A DNA stretch of 61,381 nucleotides from Terriglobales bacterium (GCA_036491415.1 DASXCC010000132.1:1-61381), one strand, 5' to 3'; shown: positions 25,946 through 37,305, numbered from the stretch's first letter. Notes: generated from the sequence alone by a model not told the origin. Numbers and translations: made by a program.

Positions 25946-26614
25946 TTATGACTTGATGGCAACCGCGACGCCGTCGCGAATCGGCAGAATTGTGGTAAAC
26001 GTTTCATCCGACTCATACAGCAAGCGATTGAATTCCAGAATCGCTTTGGTCGCTGGATCGGTTGGATCCTTCTCCGCTACCTTGCCGCTGCGGAGGACGT
26101 TGTCGCTGATGAACAGTCCGCCTTTTCTTAAACGCGGCATGGCCATTTTGAAGACGCGCGGATAATCTTCCTTGTCCACATCGTTGAAGATGATGTCGTA
26201 CTGTTCTTTTTGTTCGGAGAGAATCTCAACCGCATCCCCGGTGTGAATGATCACGCGATCGGCCACACCCGCGCGTTTGAAATATCCGCGCGCTTCTTCG
26301 GCGTTCTGGGGATTGCCGTCGGTGTAAATGACTTTGCCGCCTTTACCGACCGCTTGCGCCCACCAAAGCGTGGAGTATCCGATGGCAGAGCCCATCTCAA
26401 AAACCGATTTGGCATTGGAAATCAGCGCCAGCTGATACAGGAACCGTGCGACTGCCGGACCGACTATCGGAATATCGCGTTTTGCCGCCTCCGCTTCCAT
26501 CTCCGTCAGAACTTCATCCCGGTGAGGAAGGACCGAATAAAGATAGTCTTCAACTTTTTCAGCGGTGACGCCATGCATTAACCATCGCGGTTTGCGGTTG
26601 TATTGTTGTGACAC
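25946..26614 (-). CDS. class I SAM-dependent O-methyltransferase (caffeoyl-CoA OMT-like, COG4122 type)
   Basis: VFEMGSAIGYST SAM-binding motif and DVDKEDY metal/acidic motif. GTG start 5 nt after GAGGTG. Confidence 0.85.
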   Translation of the reverse strand: MSQQYNRKPRWLMHGVTAEKVEDYLYSVLPHRDEVLTEMEAEAAKRDIPIVGPAVARFLYQLALISNAKSVFEMGSAIGYSTLWWAQAVGKGGKVIYTDGNPQNAEEARGYFKRAGVADRVIIHTGDAVEILSEQKEQYDIIFNDVDKEDYPRVFKMAMPRLRKGGLFISDNVLRSGKVAEKDPTDPATKAILEFNRLLYESDETFTTILPIRDGVAVAIKS

Positions 26615-26649
26615 AAATTCACCTCAGCGGCGGCGCCGCATACTTCGCA

Positions 26650-27351
26650 TTAGGAAATTGTTTGTCCAGGTTTTAATTCTACGACGTTTACGCCCGGAAC
26701 CAGCTTTTGCAGAGCTCCCGGCATGCCTGTAAGCGCAGGAAAAGTCCCAAAGTGCATGGGAATGACTGTCTTCGGTTTCAACAGGCCGCAGGCATGCGCG
26801 GCTTCGCGCGGCCCCATGGTGAAGTGGTCGCCAATGGGCAGCATGGCAATTTCCGGCGCGTAGAGTTCATGGATGATTTGCATGTCAGTGAACACATTCG
26901 TATCGCCCGCGTGATAAATCTTCACGCCATTGGAGAACTCGATGACAAAGCCGCAAGCTTCGCCGCCATACACAATCTGATCGCCGTCCGTGATCCCGCA
27001 AGAATGTACCGCGTGGACCATGGTGACTTTGATATCGCCGATGGTCTGGGTGCCGCCTTTATTCATGGGGGTAATCTGTTTGACGCCTTTCTTCTGCATC
27101 CATGTACAAAGCTCAAAAATCCCCACGACTTTCGGATCGTGCTTCCTGGCAATTTCCACGGCATCGCCAATGTGATCGAAGTGGCCATGCGTGCATAGCA
27201 TGACGTCTACTTTTTGGACTTTCTTCTCTGCTTCCGGGCACATGGGATTGTTCATGACCCAGGGATCTACATAAATGACGGTGCCTTCGGGAGTTTGCAT
27301 GCGAAACGTTGCGTGGCCCAGCCAGGTAAGCTTAATGCCTTTCAAATTCAT
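26650..27351 (-). CDS. metal-dependent hydrolase, MBL fold (UPF0173 type)
   Basis: LTWLGHATF and CTHGHFDHIGD (HxHxDH) motifs. Confidence 0.85.
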   Translation of the reverse strand: MNLKGIKLTWLGHATFRMQTPEGTVIYVDPWVMNNPMCPEAEKKVQKVDVMLCTHGHFDHIGDAVEIARKHDPKVVGIFELCTWMQKKGVKQITPMNKGGTQTIGDIKVTMVHAVHSCGITDGDQIVYGGEACGFVIEFSNGVKIYHAGDTNVFTDMQIIHELYAPEIAMLPIGDHFTMGPREAAHACGLLKPKTVIPMHFGTFPALTGMPGALQKLVPGVNVVELKPGQTIS

Positions 27352-27495
27352 ATAAGTTCAGCTTTCTATTAAGTCGGGGTTACAACAGGCAATATTCTAT
27401 TGATCCTTGCGGAGAGTAACAATCAGGATAACTATGCAGATTATTCCCGCGCTGCCAATTGTGGCTGACAGCAAGAGCGATTAACATGAAAAAGA

Positions 27496-28050
27496 ATGAA
27501 TGAACTTCAGGTTCTAATTTCTCGTGAACAGATCGCCGAGAGGGTCGCGGCGATTGGCTCTGACATCAGTAGCGAACTTGCCGGTGAACCGGTCCTGTTG
27601 CTGGCGGTCTTAAAAGGCGCGGCGATTTTTCTGGCCGATCTTGCACGCAACATTCAGCTCGATACTTCTTTCGACTTTATTGGCGTCTCCAGTTACGGTC
27701 CGCGGCCGAGCCCTGAGGAAGAATTGAAGAATGGATGGGATTCCACAGGCGAAGTGCGCGTCACCAAATATCCCGATCAATCGCTGGCGAGGCAAAATGT
27801 AATCGTCGTGGAAGATATTCTCGACACCGGCATGACGCTGAATTTTCTCAAAAAGGTCATCCTCGCGCATGAGCCCAAGTCCTTCCGAATTGTTTCTTTG
27901 CTCGATAAACCTTCGCGCCGCAAGGAGCCAATTCAGGCCGATTATGTCGGCTTTACCATTCCTGATGAGTTCGTCGTCGGCTACGGATTGGATTACGCGG
28001 AGCAGTATCGAAATCTTCCTGACATTCGGGTGATTCCACGGAAGCGCTGA
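27496..28050 (+). CDS. hpt: hypoxanthine phosphoribosyltransferase
   Basis: PRPP-binding motif VIVVEDILDTGMTL, and GYGLDY near the C-terminus. Confidence 0.9.
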   Translation: MNELQVLISREQIAERVAAIGSDISSELAGEPVLLLAVLKGAAIFLADLARNIQLDTSFDFIGVSSYGPRPSPEEELKNGWDSTGEVRVTKYPDQSLARQNVIVVEDILDTGMTLNFLKKVILAHEPKSFRIVSLLDKPSRRKEPIQADYVGFTIPDEFVVGYGLDYAEQYRNLPDIRVIPRKR

Positions 28051-28099
28051 GAGCGATGCAGTACGATTTCTTCAATAAGGATGTCTTCTTCTGGCTGCT

Positions 28100-29878
28100 A
28101 TGATGAAGAGGATGGCGACATCTTTCAGCAAAATGGAGATTCCAGCGAGCGCTGAACCACTTCTTTTAGAGGTGGCGGATGCGCTTGGTGCAACCCTGGA
28201 TTTAGATACGTCGCTGCGCAAAGTCGCCGAACTTGTCCGCAAAGTCATTGATTACAAGATATTTGCGATCCTCCTGCTCAACGAGAAAACGCAGGAACTT
28301 CGCATACGTTTTCAGGTCGGTTATCCCACGGAGGTAGCCGAGCGCATTCGCATTAAAGTTGGAGACGGCGTCACCGGACTTGCCGCGCAAAGGCGCGAAG
28401 CCGTGCTTGTAAACGACGTTACAACTGCGTCGAAGTACATCGAGGGCATTCCCAACGTGCGCTCGGAACTCGCCATTCCGCTCATCCACAAAAATCGCGT
28501 AATCGGCGTCATTGATATCGAAGCGCCGCAGATCAATTACTTCAATAAAGAACACGAACGCATTCTCACGCTGATTGCTTCGCGCATGGCCGTTGGGATT
28601 GAGAATGCTCGTTTGCACACGCGCACCACGCGACAGGCGCGAACGCTGCTTTTGATGAATGAGATCGCCCGCGAGCTGACGTCAATTCTGAATCTCGATG
28701 AACTGCTTCGTCACATTGCGGAACTTCTGAGCCGGTTAATTGATTACCAGATGTTCAGCATTCTGTTGCTTGATGAATCCAGCAAAAAACTTCAGCACCG
28801 CTTTTCCCTGCGCTTCCAGGAAAATATTCATTTAAAGAATGACATCGCTATGGACCAGGGCGTAGTTGGTTATGCCGCAAGTCATCGCCAGGCTGTTCTG
28901 GTGCCCGATGTAAAGAAAGATTCGCGCTACATCATGACGAATCCGGAGACGCGTTCAGAGCTTGCGGCGCCATTGATCTACAAAGACAAAGTGATTGGCG
29001 TGCTCGACCTCGAGCATACGCGCCGCGGATTTTTTACCGAAGACCATGCGCGGACAATGACGACCCTGGCAGCGCAAATTGCCATCGCCATCGAGAACGC
29101 GCGCCTCTACGAAGAAATTGCCCGCCAGGAAAGACGGCTTGAGCGCGACATGCAGATGGCGCATGAACTCCAACTTCGCCTGCTGCCGCCGAAGAATCCC
29201 AAGCTCGACAGTTTGGAAGTAGCCGCAAAGTTCATTCCCGCGCGCGCGATTGGCGGCGATTTGTATGATTTCTTCGCTTATTCGAATTCTCGTTTGGCAA
29301 TCGTAATTGGAGACGTCAGCGGGAAAGGCGCGCCAGCCGCCATTTATGCCGCGCTGGTCAGCGGAATTTTGCGATCGCATACCCCGATTGAGCCCAGCCC
29401 TGCCGAGATGCTTTCTGCTGTTAATTATTCGTTGAGCGAGCGCCGCATTGACGGGCAATTTGTTTCGCTCATTTATGCAGTTTGGGACGAGACGGACCGC
29501 ACCTTGCAAGTGTCGAATTCAGGCTTGCCGCGGCCCATTTATTGTCATGGCGGAAAAACCGAGGTGATTGAGGCGACCGGCCTGCCGCTCGGACTTTTCG
29601 ACGACGCTGAGTATGACGAATTCACCTTCCGCGCCAAGCCCGGAGATCTTTTTGTATTCTTCAGCGACGGTATTCTCGACGCGCGCAATCGTGCAGGGGA
29701 CTTATTCGGACGGGAGCGCGCGGAGCAAATCGTCAGCCGCTGCTGGGAACTGGGCGCGCAAGTAGTTGTAAATACGATTTTTGATGCGGTGAAAGAACAC
29801 GCAGGCGAAGAGGATACATTCGACGATCAGACGGTCGTCGCCATTCGAGTGAAAGAAAACTCAGGGAAACGTAAGTGA
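28100..29878 (+). CDS. GAF-GAF-PP2C (SpoIIE-type) serine phosphatase
   Basis: Two GAF-like repeats (each ...VIGVIDIE / VIGVLDLEH) followed by GGDLYDF ... GDVSGKG ... FSDGI PP2C/SpoIIE motifs. Confidence 0.85.
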   Translation: MMKRMATSFSKMEIPASAEPLLLEVADALGATLDLDTSLRKVAELVRKVIDYKIFAILLLNEKTQELRIRFQVGYPTEVAERIRIKVGDGVTGLAAQRREAVLVNDVTTASKYIEGIPNVRSELAIPLIHKNRVIGVIDIEAPQINYFNKEHERILTLIASRMAVGIENARLHTRTTRQARTLLLMNEIARELTSILNLDELLRHIAELLSRLIDYQMFSILLLDESSKKLQHRFSLRFQENIHLKNDIAMDQGVVGYAASHRQAVLVPDVKKDSRYIMTNPETRSELAAPLIYKDKVIGVLDLEHTRRGFFTEDHARTMTTLAAQIAIAIENARLYEEIARQERRLERDMQMAHELQLRLLPPKNPKLDSLEVAAKFIPARAIGGDLYDFFAYSNSRLAIVIGDVSGKGAPAAIYAALVSGILRSHTPIEPSPAEMLSAVNYSLSERRIDGQFVSLIYAVWDETDRTLQVSNSGLPRPIYCHGGKTEVIEATGLPLGLFDDAEYDEFTFRAKPGDLFVFFSDGILDARNRAGDLFGRERAEQIVSRCWELGAQVVVNTIFDAVKEHAGEEDTFDDQTVVAIRVKENSGKRK

Positions 29879-31188
29879 GCACAACCGTGAGCGGTTCGCA
29901 GGAGCGGCCTCCTGCATTCGTGTATCAAAAAGCAAAGCGCGGTAAGCCTGCGGGCGAAGTTTTGCATTGCGATAAATTATCCGCCGCGGATTTGGCGAAA
30001 CGTTTTGACACGCCGCTTTATGTTTACTCGGCTTCTGCGATTCAGCAGCGCGTGAAAGCCTTCGAAAAAGCTTTCCGTGGATTTCCGCATACGATCTGTT
30101 ATGCCGTGAAGGCAAATTCAAATTTGTCGCTGCTGCGCTTTCTGGCCAAATTAGGCTTGGGCTTCGATGTCGTATCCGGCGGCGAATTGCAGCGTGTTCT
30201 AAAGGCTGACCGGCGCGCGGCGAAACGAGTTGTGTTTTCGGGCGTAGGCAAAACTCCCGAAGAAATCAATACGGCGCTACGCGCAGGCATTCTGGAATTC
30301 AATGTTGAGAGCGAACCGGAGCTTGATGTTTTGGCTTTGTGCGCGCGAAAGCTGAAAAAAGTCGCGCGCCTTGCGCTGCGCGTAAATCCTGACGTCTCGG
30401 CGGAAACGCATCCTTACATTTCAACCGGGCTGCATCAGCACAAATTTGGAATTCCCATTCAGCTGGCACATGAACTCTATTCCAAAGTGGCAACTGAAAA
30501 ATATCTGAGCACCACAAGCGTCAGCGTGCACATCGGTTCCCAGATTCGCGATGTGAATCCGTTCCGCGAAGCGATGGAGCGCGTGGCGGACCTCGTCCGC
30601 GAACTGCGCAGCGAAGGGCACGACATTCGATATGTGGATGCAGGCGGAGGTTTGGGCATTTCCTATGATCAATCGGACTTCGAGGCATTTCCTGATCGCG
30701 TTGCCGCTTACGCTCAAGCGCTCACTGCGCCTCTACGCGATTTAAATGTGCATTTATTGCTCGAGCCGGGGCGTTCAATCGTCGGCCCTGCCGGAATTCT
30801 GTTGACCAAGGTTCTGTACAAGAAAACCAACGGCGCGAAGAAATTTCTCATTGTCGACGCAGCCATGAATGACCTGATCCGTCCTTCGCTCTACAGCGCG
30901 TACCACGAGATTGTGCCTGTGCAATCAGGCGCACAGCCAAGGCAAAAGGTCGATGTCGTTGGCCCGGTTTGCGAGACCGGAGACTTCCTCGCCCGCGACC
31001 GTGAATTACCAGAAGCGAACGAAGGCGATTTGCTTGCCGTTCTTGATGCGGGAGCTTATGGAATGGTGTTGGCTTCGAACTACAACACACGACCCCGTGC
31101 TGCGGAGGTTCTGGTGGATGGCGCAAAAGCCAAACTCATACGTAAGCGGGAAACGATCAGCGATTTACTGCGCGCGGAAAATTTATAA
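29875..31188 (+). CDS. lysA: diaminopimelate decarboxylase
   Basis: TPLYVYS, the PLP-lysine region YAVKAN, GGGLGI and CETGD motifs. The GTG start overlaps the upstream stop (GTGA). GTG 29887 is an alternative start. Confidence 0.92.
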   Translation: MSTTVSGSQERPPAFVYQKAKRGKPAGEVLHCDKLSAADLAKRFDTPLYVYSASAIQQRVKAFEKAFRGFPHTICYAVKANSNLSLLRFLAKLGLGFDVVSGGELQRVLKADRRAAKRVVFSGVGKTPEEINTALRAGILEFNVESEPELDVLALCARKLKKVARLALRVNPDVSAETHPYISTGLHQHKFGIPIQLAHELYSKVATEKYLSTTSVSVHIGSQIRDVNPFREAMERVADLVRELRSEGHDIRYVDAGGGLGISYDQSDFEAFPDRVAAYAQALTAPLRDLNVHLLLEPGRSIVGPAGILLTKVLYKKTNGAKKFLIVDAAMNDLIRPSLYSAYHEIVPVQSGAQPRQKVDVVGPVCETGDFLARDRELPEANEGDLLAVLDAGAYGMVLASNYNTRPRAAEVLVDGAKAKLIRKRETISDLLRAENL

Positions 31189-31193
31189 AAAAC

Positions 31194-31907
31194 TCAACGC
31201 TGCATAAGACTTGCCCATCGGGCGAACACCGCGTTCCCTATTTTCTGCATGGCAGGCAGATTGGTTTCGCCTTGCTGGAGGATCGCTCGGCCATCCAATT
31301 TCTCTTGCCTGATCTCTCCGTCAAATTCCCGCAACATGTTTTGGATTTGCTCGCGCGTCACTTCCATATGAAAAAGAAATCCGTAGGCATTCTTCTTATA
31401 GCGAAACGCTTGTTGCACCGTCAGGTCAGACGATGCCAGAGAAACCGCGTTTTTCGGCAGATCAAAAATATCGCCGTGCCAGTGATAGGCCGTGAATGAT
31501 TTAGGTTGATCTTTCCAGACCGCGTCCTTCGCAGTCTCTGCCTCGTGAAGATGAATGGGAAACCAGCCAATTTCCTTGCGCGGCCCTGGCTTTACCTCAG
31601 CTCCCAGCGTTGAAGCCAACAACTGGCTTCCGAGGCAAACACCCAGAATGGGTTTTTCTTCTTTGAGGAAACTTTCGATCAGCTTCATTTCCTGCCGCAG
31701 AAATGGATAGCGTTCATATTCATAAACGCCCATGGGGCCGCCCATGATCACAAGCCCGGACGCATCGCCGGCATTTTCAGGGACTACGTCGCCAGCAAAT
31801 GTCCGCAGATATTGGAAGCTGTGTCCCGAAGCGCGCAGCGCATCCTCAATAGTCCCCAGGCCTTCACTGGCTGCATGCTGTAGAACCAGTACCGAAGAAT
31901 TGCCCAT
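31194..31907 (-). CDS. class I glutamine amidotransferase-like protein (GMP-synthase-type GATase1)
   Basis: Nucleophile elbow GVCLGSQLL, and downstream HWH / FHMEV motifs. Confidence 0.85.
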   Translation of the reverse strand: MGNSSVLVLQHAASEGLGTIEDALRASGHSFQYLRTFAGDVVPENAGDASGLVIMGGPMGVYEYERYPFLRQEMKLIESFLKEEKPILGVCLGSQLLASTLGAEVKPGPRKEIGWFPIHLHEAETAKDAVWKDQPKSFTAYHWHGDIFDLPKNAVSLASSDLTVQQAFRYKKNAYGFLFHMEVTREQIQNMLREFDGEIRQEKLDGRAILQQGETNLPAMQKIGNAVFARWASLMQR

Positions 31908-31910
31908 AAT

Positions 31911-33512
31911 TTACTTCACAGGTATGCGCAGGTCATTCCCGGTCATTTCCTGAGGCTCCTTCACTTCGAGCATCCCGAGGATCGTGGGTGAAATGTCGCG
32001 CAGCGAACCGCCCGGCTTCAGAGTGAACTTCTTCGCATTTTCTGAAACGACGATAAACGGAACTGGATTTGTTGTATGCGCCGTGTGCGGGCCGCCGGTT
32101 GCGGGATCGATCATCTGCTCAGCGTTTCCGTGGTCGGCGGTGATCAACATCGCGCCACCTTTCGCGCGAACAGAAAGCTCGACGCGACCCAGGCAGGCAT
32201 CGACAGTTTCTACAGCTTTCACGGTTGGTTCCAGCTTTCCAGAGTGACCGACCATGTCGGCATTGGCGAAATTCACCACCATTACATCAAACGTGCCTTC
32301 CTCGGTGGCCTTTATCACGGCATCGGCGATTCCCGCCGCACTCATCTCCGGCTTTAAATCATAGGTGGCAACTTTTTGCGACGGCACCAACACACGGTCT
32401 TCGCCGGGAAATGGCTTCTCCACGCCGCCGTTAAAGAAATACGTAACATGGGCGTATTTTTCAGACTCCGCCACGCGAAGGTTGCGCAGATTCAATCCGC
32501 CCATGACGTTGGCCAAAATATTCGCCATCGACTCCGGAGGAATGACCACCGGCAGCGTGAAATTTTTGTCATATTGCGTCATGCAAACGTAGTGGAGATT
32601 TTTAGGAACGGTGTCGCGAGGGATGGTGTTGTCAAGATCTTCCGCGCCTTGCAAGTCGCGGCCACCCTGCGCATTAAGACCACTATTGCGGGTCAGAGCG
32701 CGGGTGATCTGGCGCACGCGGTCCGCACGGAAGTTGATACAGATGCAGGAATCTTCGTCGCGGATCGTGCCTTCGTCTTCGCCGTCGGTGCAAACGAACG
32801 GAACGACGAATTCGTCGGTGACTCCATTGTTGTAGGACTCTTTCATGCCCTGCACAGGGTCGGCGTATTTTCCGCCTTCGCCCTGTCCAAACACCATCGC
32901 GTTGTAAGCTTTGGCAATGCGTTCCCAGCGGCGATCACGATCCATGGCGTAATAACGGCCACTGACACTGGCAATCTTTCCGACGTTGTATTCGCGAATG
33001 GCTTTCTGCAATTGCTCAAGATATCCAGCGCCGTTGGTGGGCAACGTGTCGCGTCCGTCCATAAAAGCATGCACGTAGACCCGCTCGAGTCCATTCTGTT
33101 CTGCCATCTTCAGCAAAGCGTGGAGATGATTCTGATAAGAGTGCACGCCACCGTCAGAAACCAGACCGAACAAATGCAGGCGACGGCCTCCGCTCTGCGC
33201 ATGCTTCATGGCTGCAAGAAGCGTGGGATTCTTGAAGAACTCGCCGTTCTGAATCATCAACTCAATGCGCGTACTGTCCATGTGCACGATGCGTCCCGCA
33301 CCAATGTTGAGGTGTCCCACTTCGCTGTTTCCCATTTGACCGTCAGGAAGCCCTACAAATGGACCGCTTGTCTGGATCAGGGTATTTGGATATTCGCGTA
33401 GCAGGCGATCGTAGGTTGGCTTGTGGGCCAGCGCAATGGCATTGGCGTCAGTCTTGGGGCTGTAACCCCATCCGTCGAGAATGATGAGGACGAGCGGTTT
33501 GGGACGGGACAT
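31911..33512 (-). CDS. gpmI: 2,3-bisphosphoglycerate-independent phosphoglycerate mutase
   Basis: Full-length iPGM similarity ([22 protein letters not shown]). Confidence 0.95.
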   Translation of the reverse strand: MSRPKPLVLIILDGWGYSPKTDANAIALAHKPTYDRLLREYPNTLIQTSGPFVGLPDGQMGNSEVGHLNIGAGRIVHMDSTRIELMIQNGEFFKNPTLLAAMKHAQSGGRRLHLFGLVSDGGVHSYQNHLHALLKMAEQNGLERVYVHAFMDGRDTLPTNGAGYLEQLQKAIREYNVGKIASVSGRYYAMDRDRRWERIAKAYNAMVFGQGEGGKYADPVQGMKESYNNGVTDEFVVPFVCTDGEDEGTIRDEDSCICINFRADRVRQITRALTRNSGLNAQGGRDLQGAEDLDNTIPRDTVPKNLHYVCMTQYDKNFTLPVVIPPESMANILANVMGGLNLRNLRVAESEKYAHVTYFFNGGVEKPFPGEDRVLVPSQKVATYDLKPEMSAAGIADAVIKATEEGTFDVMVVNFANADMVGHSGKLEPTVKAVETVDACLGRVELSVRAKGGAMLITADHGNAEQMIDPATGGPHTAHTTNPVPFIVVSENAKKFTLKPGGSLRDISPTILGMLEVKEPQEMTGNDLRIPVK

Positions 33513-33548
33513 GTAGCTTTCGGCTCCTGCTAATTAAGGAAATTGAAA

Positions 33549-34106
33549 TTAATTTTTGTTGGGTTGAGAATCCGTGCTGGATCCTGCCGTACCCTGCTCG
33601 GCCGCCAGCTTGTCTACCGCGGCCTGCATACGTTTGGAAATGTCGGGAATTCTCGCCACCATCACATCCTGGCCGGCTTTCATTGCTTCGCTCATCATGG
33701 CAGGCTGCTCGCGCAGAATTTTCTGTCCAGAAGGTGAAGCATAGAAAGCGATCGCTGCGTCTAAATCTTCTTTGGTGAGATGTTTCTGATAGATGGGAAC
33801 CATCGCGTCGACCATTTCATTGATGGGAAAATCCTGAAATATCGGATCGATCATGGTATTCAGCGCACTGATCTGGTCCGGAGTTGGATTGGGAACTTTT
33901 TGTTTAAAAGCTGTAAGAGCGCCTGTTCTCATGCCATCTTTCATGCCGCCCAACATCTGTACCATGCGGGCTTTGATCTGCAAAAGATCCAGCAACCTCA
34001 AAACATCTTCGCGGGAGGCCGCAGTGCCGGCCGCTGATGCGTCTTGAGCGAAAGCTGCTCCCATCAACATCCCGACCAACAGCAAACCACCGAGTGCTCG
34101 TTTCAT
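33549..34106 (-). CDS. secreted DUF2059 domain protein
   Basis: ATG at 34106 follows GGAGGG (the track start at 34121 is TTG). Signal peptide and FYASPSGQKIL DUF2059-like motif. Confidence 0.65.
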   Translation of the reverse strand: MKRALGGLLLVGMLMGAAFAQDASAAGTAASREDVLRLLDLLQIKARMVQMLGGMKDGMRTGALTAFKQKVPNPTPDQISALNTMIDPIFQDFPINEMVDAMVPIYQKHLTKEDLDAAIAFYASPSGQKILREQPAMMSEAMKAGQDVMVARIPDISKRMQAAVDKLAAEQGTAGSSTDSQPNKN

Positions 34107-34151
34107 GCGCCCTCCGCGCAAAGATAAAAATGAAAATGAAGATGAAAAACA

Positions 34152-35528
<1,377 letters not shown>

Positions 35529-35614
35529 TCATACTCACCTTGAAATTATCGATTATAAATGACATGCGACTTCGGATGATGTAAATCGCCGAATCCAACC
35601 TATTAAAAGTTTGA

Positions 35615-36505
35615 TTAATCCGCATTGCGCGTCAGATGATTTACAAATTCGCGTGCTGCCGATGACAGGCTTTCTTTCGAGCGTATGCACAAGTAGAGTT
35701 TTCGTTTTGCCCAGGAATCTTTGAGTGCGATGGACTTGAGACTTAAAGAATCGATGTATGGACTGGCCGCAGCCCGCGGCATAATGCCGACTCCCAGTCC
35801 CGCGGCGACCATTGCGCAAACTGCGTCAAAGCTGGTGACCTGAATGCGAAGTCTCAACGGACGCCCGGCCTCCGCGGCTTCGCGAAACAATAAATAATGC
35901 AACGAACTATTGCTGTGCAGGCCGACGAAATCAAACTCCAGCGCATCGGCAAAAGATAACGATTTCTTTCCCGTCAACGGATGTTTCGGCGGTACCACCA
36001 AAACCAATTCATCCTTGCGAAATGGAATTAAGGTAAGGCCCGCGATCGGAGATCCTCCACTGATAATTCCAACGTCGGCCATGGAGTCTGCGACAGCTTG
36101 CGCCGTCACGCTGGTCACATGCTCTTCCAACTGCACTCGAATGTCCCGATGCTTGGCTAGAAAAGACGCCAGCACCGCCGGTAAGAACTCTACGATTGAA
36201 GAGATATTAGCGAAGACGCGCACCTGCCCACGCACGCCTGAGGCAAATTCGCTCAATTCATCATTTAACTGGCTTGCCTGATTCAAGACTCCGCGGGCGC
36301 GGGCAAGCAGCGTTTGACCAGCCGGAGTGAGATCCACTCCGTTACTGCGGCGAACCAGCAGTGGAGTATGGAAACTTTCCTCCATGTCGGAGATGCGCTT
36401 GCTCACCGCTGACGCGACGGTGTGGCTACGCTGCGCAGCCTTGGCAATGCTTCCGGCTTCGGCAACGGCAACAAACAGTTCCAGATCTTTCAGGGAGAAT
36501 TGCAT
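35615..36505 (-). CDS. LysR family transcriptional regulator
   Basis: N-terminal HTH (LELFVAVAEAGSIAKAAQRSHTVASAVSKRISDME) plus a LysR substrate-binding domain. Confidence 0.9.
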   Translation of the reverse strand: MQFSLKDLELFVAVAEAGSIAKAAQRSHTVASAVSKRISDMEESFHTPLLVRRSNGVDLTPAGQTLLARARGVLNQASQLNDELSEFASGVRGQVRVFANISSIVEFLPAVLASFLAKHRDIRVQLEEHVTSVTAQAVADSMADVGIISGGSPIAGLTLIPFRKDELVLVVPPKHPLTGKKSLSFADALEFDFVGLHSNSSLHYLLFREAAEAGRPLRLRIQVTSFDAVCAMVAAGLGVGIMPRAAASPYIDSLSLKSIALKDSWAKRKLYLCIRSKESLSSAAREFVNHLTRNAD

Positions 36506-36512
36506 GTGGTCA

Positions 36513-36570
36513 AAAGAATCGTTGGTAAAGAATCGTTGGTAAAGAATTATTGGCTAAAGAATCCTATCAT
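36513..36570. repeat. four tandem 14-15-bp repeats AAAGAATCGTTGGT x2, then AAAGAATTATTGGCT and AAAGAATCCTATCAT
   Basis: Read directly. The array begins 8 nt upstream of the LysR ATG. Confidence 0.85.
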
Positions 36571-36598
36571 CGCGGCGAGGACCGCTATAAACACAAAC

Positions 36599-36622
36599 GG
36601 CACTGCTTTGAGGAGCAGTGCC
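36599..36622 (-). terminator. hairpin GGCACTGCT/AGCAGTGCC (9 bp) after the BON gene, followed on the minus strand by GTTTGTGTTTAT
   Basis: Perfect stem read directly. The U-tract is interrupted. Confidence 0.55.
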
Positions 36623-36641
36623 GCAAGTTCCATCTAATTGC

Positions 36642-37175
36642 TTACTGGTTTGAAACCACCTGAAGTTGGTTGTCCACTGAAAAGATGCCGGAGACCGCGT
36701 TGGCGCGAATTCCCGCCATATTCTTATCAGCTTCGTTGTCCACAATTCCCGCCAGCGTGACATGGCCGGACTTCACCAGAATTCGGATCGGCTTCAAAGT
36801 GCCAAGTTCGTATTTCTGCAAAGCAGGAAATCCGTAAATTGAACGGAACAATCGAAGGCGCAAACGATCATCCATGGGCGACGGGGGCAATACTTCGATC
36901 TGATTGTCCACACGTTCCACGCCTTCAATCTTCTTCACTGCATTTTCCGCATCGGACTTAAGCACCGGTCTCGAGACCTGGCCCAGCAATGTGACGTTGC
37001 GGCCATCGACCTTGAAAGCCATATAGTCAAACGCAGTGACATAAGGCAGCATATTTAACTCGTGACGAACTTCTCTCTGGATCTGCTCCGCAGATCCCAC
37101 ATTGTTGTTCTGCGCCGAGGCGAACAAACTTACAGCCAACATCGCAACCACTAAAAAAATCGATCGTGCTCGCAT
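36642..37175 (-). CDS. secreted protein with two BON domains
   Basis: Signal peptide. Two ..VTL.G.V......A....A..V.GV..V.NQ..V BON signatures. GAGAGGAAG SD. Confidence 0.8.
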   Translation of the reverse strand: MRARSIFLVVAMLAVSLFASAQNNNVGSAEQIQREVRHELNMLPYVTAFDYMAFKVDGRNVTLLGQVSRPVLKSDAENAVKKIEGVERVDNQIEVLPPSPMDDRLRLRLFRSIYGFPALQKYELGTLKPIRILVKSGHVTLAGIVDNEADKNMAGIRANAVSGIFSVDNQLQVVSNQ

Positions 37176-37305
37176 AACATTCTTCCTCTCTTACTTCCTT
37201 CAAAATCTGCTTATTCCTTGTCTCTAATCATCCTGTCCCTTCACGATACTCGTGAGAATCAGGTCTTTCCTGTAGTACGCCATCTTCTTCTTACCTACCC
37301 CGAGA

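Noticed and set aside
27434-27484. 16-codon upstream ORF (MQIIPALPIVADSKSD) with an AGGA SD, 11 nt before hpt
   Set aside because: It is too short to evaluate without comparative data. It has no run of regulatory codons and no alternative hairpins that would make it an attenuator. Kept only as a note.
32376-33401. 341-aa plus-strand ORF antisense to gpmI
   Set aside because: The minus strand encodes an unmistakable full-length iPGM. The plus-strand product is low-complexity and Arg/His/Val-rich, with no start context.
34120-34151. AAATGAAAATGAAGATGAAAAA purine-rich micro-repeat between eno and the DUF2059 gene
   Set aside because: It is a short, degenerate A-rich spacer carrying the downstream gene's SD region. 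Nothing suggests it is more than low-complexity intergenic DNA.
36513-36570. Tandem repeats here, and those at 44079..44128, as a mini CRISPR array
   Set aside because: The units are 12-15 bp and contiguous with no spacers. No cas genes lie within 61 kb.
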